Below are positions 51,267-59,447 of a DNA stretch of 64,000 bases, piece after piece. Each line of letters starts with the position of its first letter. Position 1 is the stretch's first letter. Both the position numbers and the translations under genes were made by a program. The notes under the pieces are model-generated. The model had not been told where the DNA came from. It made no database searches and saw only the letters and a list, made by a program, of their open reading frames with translations. This DNA is from an uncultured Fidelibacterota bacterium (GTDB taxonomy: Bacteria > Fidelibacterota > Marinisomatia > Marinisomatales > UBA1611), in the NCBI GenBank assembly GCA_913040915.1, contig CAJWHW010000004.1, forward strand, positions 15,351 through 79,350, read 5' to 3'.

Positions 51267-52515
51267 GTTCTCATATCTATTAAATTCCCTATTTAATCTT
51301 CAGCGACACGGGCTAAAGCTGGGTTTAGAACATACATTCCAATTATTGGATTCAATCGGAAATCCTCAAAAAAAATTAGATATGATTCATGTCGCGGGGA
51401 CTAATGGAAAAGGATCGACCTGTGCTCAAATTTCAAGTATTCTATCAACTGTAGGATATAAAGTTGGATTGTACTCATCTCCCCATTTGATAAATTTTAA
51501 TGAAAGGATACGGGTAAATGGGTACCCGATTTCAGATAAAGAAATTGCTGTATTTATGCAAAATATTGAACCAGTAATCAATCAGTTACAATCCACATTT
51601 TTTGAAGTAACGACTGCAATGGCATTACACTATTTTAGACAGCAAAGGGTTGATATTGCAATTATTGAAACAGGCTTGGGAGGCCGATTGGATTCTACCA
51701 ATGTTATTGTTCCTTCGATAACAGTCATAACCCATATTTCAATGGATCATATGGATATTTTAGGAGAAGACCTGGAAAACATTGCATCTGAAAAAGCAGG
51801 TATAATTAAAAAAGGGAAACCATTAGTAATAGCAAATCAAAACCCAATTGTAAAAAAAATTCTAATTGAAACGGCTAAAGAAAAGAATGCACCAGTTGTT
51901 GAACTAGGTCAAATTTCTAAGGTAATCCCTAACATCAATGGGACACAATTTACATATGATAATGAAAGATTTTTTACTCCCTTAATAGGTAACCATCAAG
52001 CTTTAAATGGGGCATTAGCGATCGAAACAACATATCAGTATGAAAAAAGAATTTCTTTACATCAATTAAAAAAAGGATTGGAAAAAGCGTTCTGGCCTGG
52101 TCGATTACAGCAGTTAGATGAAAGAATTTATTATGATGTCGCTCACAATGAAGGAGGGATTGAAACTTTATTAACAACTATTAATAATATTTTTCCCGAG
52201 AAACAGATTATAGGACTATTCTGCCTGAAGGGGGATAAAGAATTAAATCATCTGATAAAAAAAATGAAGGGTAGGTTTAAGCGATTATTTGTTACAACAG
52301 ATTGCAATGGACTGCTATTAAAGGCAACTGAATTATCAGAAAAATTAACATCTTCAGGTCTTCCCAATACTCCTCTTGATTCCATATCTGAAGGCATCAT
52401 AACAATTAAAAAAGAACTAACAAAAGGCAGCGTAGGGATTATTTTTGGCAGCCATTACATTGCAAAAGAAATTTTTGATGAATTTGAAATATCATTTGAC
52501 ACCGGAATAATTTGA
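51253..52515 (+). CDS. folC: Folylpolyglutamate synthase/dihydrofolate synthase
   Basis: HVAGTNGKGS, SPHL..FNERI, ETGLGGRLDSTN, WPGR and DVAHN motifs. Confidence 0.95.
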   Translation: MTSPEFSYLLNSLFNLQRHGLKLGLEHTFQLLDSIGNPQKKLDMIHVAGTNGKGSTCAQISSILSTVGYKVGLYSSPHLINFNERIRVNGYPISDKEIAVFMQNIEPVINQLQSTFFEVTTAMALHYFRQQRVDIAIIETGLGGRLDSTNVIVPSITVITHISMDHMDILGEDLENIASEKAGIIKKGKPLVIANQNPIVKKILIETAKEKNAPVVELGQISKVIPNINGTQFTYDNERFFTPLIGNHQALNGALAIETTYQYEKRISLHQLKKGLEKAFWPGRLQQLDERIYYDVAHNEGGIETLLTTINNIFPEKQIIGLFCLKGDKELNHLIKKMKGRFKRLFVTTDCNGLLLKATELSEKLTSSGLPNTPLDSISEGIITIKKELTKGSVGIIFGSHYIAKEIFDEFEISFDTGII

Positions 52516-52523
52516 TGTAATTT
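52496..52523 (+). promoter_or_regulatory. Candidate sigma70 promoter for rho and the downstream cas6-like gene
   Basis: Consensus -35 TTGACA, 16-nt spacer, then TAATTT; overlaps the end of folC. Confidence 0.45.
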
Positions 52524-52598
52524 CTCATGACTCCATTATCCCCCCGGAGACTTATATTTTTACAATTCCAAAGGTTTTTTTAAATAGGTTTTAATTAT

Positions 52599-53849
52599 AT
52601 GGATCTTAATGAATTACAGTCCTTGCATATTCGTGAACTTACAGAATTAGCTCAAAAACTAAATATTGAAGGTGGTGTAGCCGGTCTCAATAAGCAGGAA
52701 TTGACTGTACGTATTCTTGAAGCGCAGGATAAAAAAGAAGAAAAATTATCTGCAAGAGGTGTTTTAGAAGTGATGCAAGACGGTTATGGTTTTTTGCGCT
52801 CCCCTGACTATAATTATTTACCCGGCCCTGATGATATCTATGTAAGCCCATCGCAAATCAAAAGATTTGGATTAAAAACGGGTCATCTCATCACTGGTCA
52901 AATCCGGCCACCTAAATCAAAAGAACGGTTTTATGCCTTGTTAAAAGTTCAAACAGTTAACGAAAAACCAATTGAAAAATTAAAAGACATTATTCTCTTT
53001 GATAATTTTACTCCGCTTTATCCTGAAGATAAATTCAATTTAGAAACAGAAGAAAAAGATCTATCCATGAGAATTATGGATTTGATGGCACCGATTGGTA
53101 AAGGTCAACGTGGACTAATTGTGGCCCAACCCAAAACTGGTAAAACTATATTACTCCAGAAACTTGCAAATGCTATCAGTAAGAAACATCCTGAAACACA
53201 AAGAATTGTTTTATTAATTGATGAGCGTCCAGAAGAAGTGACAGATATGAAGAGAAATGTGGATGCGGAAGTAATTAGCTCTACCTTTGATGAGCCACCT
53301 GAACGCCATGTATCTGTTGCTGATATGGTTTTGCAAAAAGCAAAAAGAATGGTTGAATTTGGTCAAGATGTTGTAATACTTTTAGATAGTATAACCCGTT
53401 TAGCGCGAGCTCATAATGCTGTGATACCTCATAGTGGTAAGATATTATCAGGAGGTGTAGATTTTAATGCGTTAAAAAAACCAAAACAATTTTTTGGAGC
53501 AGCAAGGAATACGGAAGAAGGTGGTAGTCTAACAATTATTTCCACAGCCCTAATTGATACTGGTAGTCGAGCAGATGAAGTTATTTTTGAAGAATTCAAG
53601 GGCACAGGAAATATGGAATTAGTTTTAGATCGTAGATTAAGCGATCGTAGAGTATATCCCGCATTTGATATTATTCGATCAGGGACCAGGAAAGAAGAAC
53701 TACTAATGGGCCGAAAAGAACTAGGTAGAATGTGGATTCTTCGGAAATTACTAAATGACATGAAAGTAGAAGAAGCCATGGAATTCATGCTTGACCGTTT
53801 GAAAAGAACTAAATCTAATGCTGAGTTTTTAGATACAATGAGCCAATAA
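52599..53849 (+). CDS. rho: Transcription termination factor Rho
   Basis: [45 protein letters not shown] and [10 protein letters not shown] motifs. Confidence 0.98.
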   Translation: MDLNELQSLHIRELTELAQKLNIEGGVAGLNKQELTVRILEAQDKKEEKLSARGVLEVMQDGYGFLRSPDYNYLPGPDDIYVSPSQIKRFGLKTGHLITGQIRPPKSKERFYALLKVQTVNEKPIEKLKDIILFDNFTPLYPEDKFNLETEEKDLSMRIMDLMAPIGKGQRGLIVAQPKTGKTILLQKLANAISKKHPETQRIVLLIDERPEEVTDMKRNVDAEVISSTFDEPPERHVSVADMVLQKAKRMVEFGQDVVILLDSITRLARAHNAVIPHSGKILSGGVDFNALKKPKQFFGAARNTEEGGSLTIISTALIDTGSRADEVIFEEFKGTGNMELVLDRRLSDRRVYPAFDIIRSGTRKEELLMGRKELGRMWILRKLLNDMKVEEAMEFMLDRLKRTKSNAEFLDTMSQ

Positions 53850-53873
53850 ATACCAATATAACTTTTATAAAGG

Positions 53874-54920
53874 ATGAATGAAGAGTTTCCAGATATAAGA
53901 TCAGTTGTAATTAGAGTCATCACAAATAAGCCCGTACGAAAAACACCCTACCAAGTAAAGGGCGTTTTTATGCGTCAATACCCTGATGAACCGATCATAC
54001 CCATGTTAGATGGTTCATATCGGGATCGCTTTTTGTATCCAAGAGTCCAAGTTAAAATCTTAAATGAACAAATCTATATAATAGGTGTTCATGAAGGTGT
54101 TGACTCTGTACTATCTTTGGCAGAAAAATTTAAAGAATTTGATTTTGGCAATATCACTTTTGAGGTAGAGGACACCGATATTGAAGATGTAAACCAGCAG
54201 TTTATACCATCGAGTAGATTAGTCCGCTATCGGTTTATTACACCCTGGGTTGCATTAAACCACATGACTGGTGGCCGCTATCGATTTTTAACAAACCAAG
54301 AAAAACCTTCTTTTCTTAATCGACTTTTAGGCCAAAATATTATATTCTTAGCTAATGAGGTAGGTGTGAAACTCGAAGATGATATTTTCACCAAAGTTAA
54401 AGTATCAAGTTTATTTCCTCGCCCAGTAGATGAAAATAAATGGGGTGCATTTATGGGTGAATTTAAAACAAATTTTGTTTTGCCAAATTATATTGGTGTT
54501 GGAAACGGAATAACACGTGGTTTTGGCACTATTTACGGGATGTTCAACCCTGATTCTTTTTCATTTGATGAAGAAGAATTGCAACAAGAGGTATCCAAAA
54601 AATCTAATTTACAGACAACTGAAAATTTTGATGATTTAGAAAGTGTGTCTGCGACTGATGTTCCCAAACCAAGCCGTAGGCGTCGAAAGAAAAATAAGAA
54701 TCAATCATTTCGATCCGGAAGTACAAAAAATAAACGATCAAATAAATCAAGACATCATCATAAAAAACACTATAAGAGAAATGAAACACAAAAACATCAT
54801 CTTCCTCGTACAGGTAGAGTCTTCTCCGAAGAATTTGATATTGAAGATGAAAGTAGTGAAAACCGAGAAGATGAAAAATTCAATACTTCAAAACACCACA
54901 AACGACAACATAAATTTTGA
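53874..54920 (+). CDS. cas6: Stand-alone Cas6b-like RAMP protein with a long acidic/basic low-complexity C-terminal tail
   Basis: YPRVQVK, YRFITPWVALN, FMGEFKTNFVLPNY and the Gly-rich loop IGVGNGITRGFG (GhGxxxxxGhG) in the first ~220 aa. Confidence 0.82.
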   Translation: MNEEFPDIRSVVIRVITNKPVRKTPYQVKGVFMRQYPDEPIIPMLDGSYRDRFLYPRVQVKILNEQIYIIGVHEGVDSVLSLAEKFKEFDFGNITFEVEDTDIEDVNQQFIPSSRLVRYRFITPWVALNHMTGGRYRFLTNQEKPSFLNRLLGQNIIFLANEVGVKLEDDIFTKVKVSSLFPRPVDENKWGAFMGEFKTNFVLPNYIGVGNGITRGFGTIYGMFNPDSFSFDEEELQQEVSKKSNLQTTENFDDLESVSATDVPKPSRRRRKKNKNQSFRSGSTKNKRSNKSRHHHKKHYKRNETQKHHLPRTGRVFSEEFDIEDESSENREDEKFNTSKHHKRQHKF

Positions 54921-56119
54921 GTTATCAACTCGCGGACCGTGTTCATAAGGTCCTCCCATCCTTTACATTACAAATGGCGACACGAGCCGCAGAGATGCGA
55001 TCCGATGGGATTGATGTAATAAATTTTTCGGTTGGTGAACCAGACTTTAATACTCCTTCCCATATCATAGATGCTGGAAAAAAAGCCATGGATAATGGTT
55101 TTACCAAATATACTGCCGGTCCTGGTATGATAGAATTCCGTAAAGCTATTTGCAAAAAACTTAAGCGTGAAAATGGTATTCAATATGAGCCTGCTGATAT
55201 TCTTGTGTCAAATGGAGAAAAACAAAGTCTATATAATGTTTGCCAGGCTTTATTTGGAGAAGGAGATGAAGTCGTGGTCTTTCGTCCTTATTGGGTGTCT
55301 TTCCCAGAATTTGTACGTCTGGCAGATGCTGAACCAGTTTTGGTTAATACGATAGCTGAAAATAATTTTGAACCAGACTTTGATCATTTATCAAAAAAGA
55401 TTTCTTCTAGTATAAAAGGGGTTATTTTAAACTCACCTTCAAACCCCACTGGCGGAATTTGGAGTAAAGATGCTATCCTTCAAGTTTTAAGATTAGCTAA
55501 AGAACAGAATTGGGTGGTAATCTCTGATGAATGCTATGAAAGGTTGGTGTATGATGGTGAATTTATCAGTACAGAAAAGTTGAATCGGGATTATAATATT
55601 GGTGCTGCAGTTGTTACCTGTTTAAGTCTCTCAAAAACGTATGCGATGACGGGTTGGCGTATTGGATACGCTGCGGGGCCAACAGATATTATTAAAGCTA
55701 TGTCAAAAATTCAGGGTCAAGCTACGTCCTGCGCAAATTCAATTGGGCAAATGGCAGGGATTGAAGCATTAACCGGGGACCAATCCTGTGTACAAGAATT
55801 CAAAACAGCGTTTAAAAAACGACGTGATTTAATTGTTGAATTATTAAATAACTTACCTGGTATATCTTGTTTAGTCCCGGGTGGCGCTTTTTATGCTTTC
55901 CCAAATTTTTCATCTTATCTTAACCGTGATATTAGTGGTAATAAATTCAAGGATACTTTTGATATTTCTGAGTATATTTTAGATCGTGCAAATGTGGTTA
56001 CTGTTCCCGGTGATGGTTTTGGTGCCCCGGGGCATATTCGATTTTCATATGCAACCAGCACAAAAATTATTAATGAAGGGGTGTCTCGTGTAAAAAATGC
56101 CCTTATAGAGATTACCTAA
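54917..56119 (+). CDS. PLP-dependent class I/II aminotransferase (aspartate aminotransferase-like)
   Basis: GEPDF, NSPSNPTG, SDECY, SLSKTYAMTGWRIGY and GAFY motifs; TTG start overlaps the cas6-like stop. Confidence 0.93.
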   Translation: MSYQLADRVHKVLPSFTLQMATRAAEMRSDGIDVINFSVGEPDFNTPSHIIDAGKKAMDNGFTKYTAGPGMIEFRKAICKKLKRENGIQYEPADILVSNGEKQSLYNVCQALFGEGDEVVVFRPYWVSFPEFVRLADAEPVLVNTIAENNFEPDFDHLSKKISSSIKGVILNSPSNPTGGIWSKDAILQVLRLAKEQNWVVISDECYERLVYDGEFISTEKLNRDYNIGAAVVTCLSLSKTYAMTGWRIGYAAGPTDIIKAMSKIQGQATSCANSIGQMAGIEALTGDQSCVQEFKTAFKKRRDLIVELLNNLPGISCLVPGGAFYAFPNFSSYLNRDISGNKFKDTFDISEYILDRANVVTVPGDGFGAPGHIRFSYATSTKIINEGVSRVKNALIEIT

Positions 56120-56133
56120 CATAGGAGTGAATC

Positions 56134-56382
56134 ATGAAAAAAGGCGTACACCCCGAAAATTATCGACTGGTAGTTTTCAAAGATACATCTTGTGATTATG
56201 CATTTTTGACCCGATCCACTGTAGAAACAAAGGAAACAATAACATGGGATGATGGGAATGAATATCCTTTGTGCAAAATTGAGATTTCTAACAAATCTCA
56301 TCCGTTTTTTACTGGAAAACAAAATCTGGTAGATACTGCAGGACGTATCGAAAAATTCAATCAAAAATACGGTCGTAAGTAG
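56134..56382 (+). CDS. rpmE: 50S ribosomal protein L31, type B
   Basis: [10 protein letters not shown] and [21 protein letters not shown] motifs; no CxxC pairs; SD AGGAG. Confidence 0.96.
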   Translation: MKKGVHPENYRLVVFKDTSCDYAFLTRSTVETKETITWDDGNEYPLCKIEISNKSHPFFTGKQNLVDTAGRIEKFNQKYGRK

Positions 56383-56398
56383 CTAAACTATTATAGCT

Positions 56399-56447
56399 AA
56401 TGGCTCTACATTCGGTTGGTAAACAGCTGAGTAGGGCCATTTTATTA
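56399..56447 (+). terminator. Long hairpin, probable terminator after rpmE
   Basis: Outer stem AATGGCTCTAC/GTAGGGCCATT, inner stem TCGGTTG/CAGCTGA, followed by a T-rich tail. Confidence 0.65.
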
Positions 56448-56579
56448 TGAAAAATAATTACTATTTATCATCAAGCCATCCATTATAGTGTTAAAAATTA
56501 TTATAAGAAAACAACTGGAAGATAATATGGAGGAAGTATCCATTATTCCACTGCGAGAAAATAGTGCAGAGGCTATTGG

Positions 56580-57656
56580 TTGAGAGGAAAACTCATAACC
56601 ATTATAGAAAAACACTCTCATCTTGCAGAACAGATGGCTGATCCTGAAATATTCGGTGATCAAGAAAAATTGACTATTATTGCAAAGGAGCATAGCTCTT
56701 TAGGAGAAATTGTTTCCGTTGGTCAAGATTATATTTCAACTCTGGATCAAATTTCTGATGATAGGGAAATACTGAATGGTGATGATAAAGATTTAATAGC
56801 AATTGCTGAGGAAGAATTACCCGAATTAGAATCCCGCTTATCTGAATTAGAAGAAGAATTAAAAGTTCTTCTTTTACCAAAGAATCCGCATGATGATAAA
56901 AATCTTATATTAGAAATACGGGCCGGAACTGGTGGTGACGAAGCTGCTTTATTTGCCGCAGATCTTTACCGCGTTTATACTAGATACGCCGAACGGAATA
57001 ACTGGAGTTTTAAAGTAATGGAATCATCTGATACTGGCATTGGGGGTATGAAAGAAGTTATTGTTTCTATGCAAGGAAAGGGTGCCTTTGGAATGTTAAA
57101 ATATGAAAGTGGTGTCCACCGTGTGCAACGTGTTCCCAAGACAGAAACAAGCGGAAGAGTCCACACTTCTGCTGCCACGGTGGCTATTTTACCTGAAGCT
57201 GAAGATGTGGATGTTGAAGTGAATGAAAGTGACCTTAAAATAGATACATATCGTGCTAGCGGTGCGGGTGGTCAACATGTAAATAAAACAGAATCAGCCA
57301 TTCGTATTACACATATTCCGACAGGCTTAGTTGTCACCTGCCAAGATGAGTCTTCCCAGCATAAAAATAGAGCCGCTGCTATGAAAGTGTTAAAGTCTAG
57401 ATTACTGGCTGCAGAGCAGGAGAAAGTGGCAGCAGAACGTGCAGCAGAACGGAAAAGTTTAGTATCAACAGGAGATCGCTCTGCAAAAATTCGCACATAT
57501 AATTTCCCGCAAGGCAGAGTAACAGATCACAGGATTAACTTTACTACATATAGGTTGAATGAAATTCTGGATGGTGATATAACAGAAATTATTGAACAAT
57601 TGAAAATGACTGAACAGCAAGAATTACTTGCCGCTGAAACAGAATCATTATCCTAA
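56580..57656 (+). CDS. prfA: Peptide chain release factor 1
   Basis: [23 protein letters not shown] (PxT), GGQ and RTYNFPQ motifs; TTG start. Confidence 0.97.
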   Translation: MRGKLITIIEKHSHLAEQMADPEIFGDQEKLTIIAKEHSSLGEIVSVGQDYISTLDQISDDREILNGDDKDLIAIAEEELPELESRLSELEEELKVLLLPKNPHDDKNLILEIRAGTGGDEAALFAADLYRVYTRYAERNNWSFKVMESSDTGIGGMKEVIVSMQGKGAFGMLKYESGVHRVQRVPKTETSGRVHTSAATVAILPEAEDVDVEVNESDLKIDTYRASGAGGQHVNKTESAIRITHIPTGLVVTCQDESSQHKNRAAAMKVLKSRLLAAEQEKVAAERAAERKSLVSTGDRSAKIRTYNFPQGRVTDHRINFTTYRLNEILDGDITEIIEQLKMTEQQELLAAETESLS

Positions 57657-57671
57657 AAAATCACCCTGTTA

Positions 57672-58526
57672 ATGCCAAAAATCTGGCGTATCATAGACCT
57701 TATACATTGGGCAGAATCTTACTTCCAAGAAAAAGGATTCAGAAATCCGCGAGCCGAAATCGAATGGCTCCTTCGATCTGTTTTAGACTGCAGCCGAATG
57801 GATGTTTATCTTCGCTTTGAAGAACCACTTTCTCAAAGCCAATTAGAGACTCTTCGGACATATGTAAAACGAAGGTTAAATAAAGAGCCTCTTCAGTATA
57901 TTACAGGATCCTGTGATTTTTATGGTAGAAATTATTTTGTAAATGAATATGTGTTAATTCCGAGACCAGAAACAGAGCGACTCGTTGATTGCACATTAGA
58001 AAAAGTAAAAGAAATTAATTCTCCAGATATATTAGATGTTGGCACTGGTTCCGGCTGTATTGCAATTACACTAGGGTTAGAATTGAAAAGAGCATCTATA
58101 ATAGGGCTAGATATTTCTGATTCTGCCCTGAGAGTTGCTAATCAGAATAAAAAAAAGAATTCTATACATAATGTTTCATTCCATCAGATCGATTTCCTGT
58201 GCTGTTTACCAGAAGGTGAGTTTGATTTAGTAGTTTCTAATCCACCCTATGTTTCAAAACTAGAGATGAGTGGACTTATGAAAGATGTACGAGAGTTTGA
58301 ACCAACTTTAGCATTAACTGATAACAAAGATGGACTCACTTTTTACAGACGTTTTGCTGAAATCGGTAATACATTGGTTAAAAAGGGTGGTAGTATAATT
58401 TTAGAAGTAGGAGCAGGGAAGCATCCTCAAAAAGCAAAATCCATTTTTGAACATGAAGGCTATGCTGATATTCAACTATTAAAAGATTTTAATGGCGATG
58501 ACCGTATATTGATAATAGGTATATAA
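57672..58526 (+). CDS. prmC: Release factor glutamine methyltransferase
   Basis: EPLQYITG, LIPRPETE, DVGTGSGCIA and SNPPY motifs; follows prfA. Confidence 0.95.
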   Translation: MPKIWRIIDLIHWAESYFQEKGFRNPRAEIEWLLRSVLDCSRMDVYLRFEEPLSQSQLETLRTYVKRRLNKEPLQYITGSCDFYGRNYFVNEYVLIPRPETERLVDCTLEKVKEINSPDILDVGTGSGCIAITLGLELKRASIIGLDISDSALRVANQNKKKNSIHNVSFHQIDFLCCLPEGEFDLVVSNPPYVSKLEMSGLMKDVREFEPTLALTDNKDGLTFYRRFAEIGNTLVKKGGSIILEVGAGKHPQKAKSIFEHEGYADIQLLKDFNGDDRILIIGI

Positions 58527-58604
58527 ATAGCTTTTTTCAGATTATCAATCGGTTGATTATAAGATAAATTGGTAAATTAATTCAACTAATCAACTAATTT
58601 TTGA

Positions 58605-59447
58605 ATGAGTGTACTTTATAGTCATATTAAACTTTTTCGTCCTCTAAACGTTTTTACCAGCGGTATGGCTATGGTAATTGCATCGGCTATTTTAGGCGTA
58701 CTTCATGAAATAGATATAGTTATTTCTGTTATGGCCGTTGTTATATGTTATACCGGTGCTGCTAATGCATTAAACGATATTGTAGATGCTGAAATTGATT
58801 TGATAAACTGCCCTCTTCGTCCAATTCCTTCAGGAAATGTTGCTAAAAATACGGCACTAGTATTATCAATTTTACTATTTATAGTTGGGACACTATTTTG
58901 TCTGAAATTATCAGGACTAGCAAAGATAATCGGTATTCTTATTGCCATGCCTTTAATGGTTTTGTATAGTAATTATTTGAAAGGAAAGCCACTTGTTGGG
59001 AATATAACTATCGCATTCATTTTAGGACTATCTTTCCTGTTCTGCGGAGCTGCATTTGGTCAAATAACATCTATGTTGATTCCAATGATATTAGCATTCG
59101 GACTCACTTTTGTTCGCGAACTTATAAAAGATATTGCTGATATAGAGGGTGATAAATCTGCAGGATTAAAAACATTCCCAATTACTGCGGGCATAGATCG
59201 GGCAATTCAAGTTTCTATCTTATTATCAGTCTGTATTGGCATTGGGGCATTTATTCCTTTCTTAAATGGTATTTACGGTATGTGGTATGGCATTTTATTA
59301 ATTCTTGGTATTGAGATTCCTTTATGCGTAGTTGTAGTTTCTCTATTAAATAAACCTGGAATTTCATCCGCCATCCAAGGCGCACGAATTCTAAAATTCA
59401 GTACCATTATGGGATTGATTGCCATATACGCGGGAAGCCTTTCATGA
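58605..59447 (+). CDS. UbiA-family prenyltransferase, DGGGP synthase-like
   Basis: LFRPLN, NDIVD..ID..N.P.RPIPSG and RELIKDIADIEGD..G..T.P motifs; multiple TM segments. Confidence 0.8.
   Translation: MSVLYSHIKLFRPLNVFTSGMAMVIASAILGVLHEIDIVISVMAVVICYTGAANALNDIVDAEIDLINCPLRPIPSGNVAKNTALVLSILLFIVGTLFCLKLSGLAKIIGILIAMPLMVLYSNYLKGKPLVGNITIAFILGLSFLFCGAAFGQITSMLIPMILAFGLTFVRELIKDIADIEGDKSAGLKTFPITAGIDRAIQVSILLSVCIGIGAFIPFLNGIYGMWYGILLILGIEIPLCVVVVSLLNKPGISSAIQGARILKFSTIMGLIAIYAGSLS

Noticed and set aside
53429..53923. 164-aa antisense ORF over rho, plus the many other 60-126 aa antisense or alternate-frame ORFs in the track
   Set aside because: They overlap well-supported genes and lack motifs or SD sequences, consistent with shadow ORFs.
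52516..56579. CRISPR array or other cas genes near the cas6-like gene
   Set aside because: The intergenic gaps are short and show no direct repeats with spacers, and the neighbours are clear housekeeping genes. I saw none elsewhere in the window by eye, though a degenerate single repeat cannot be excluded.
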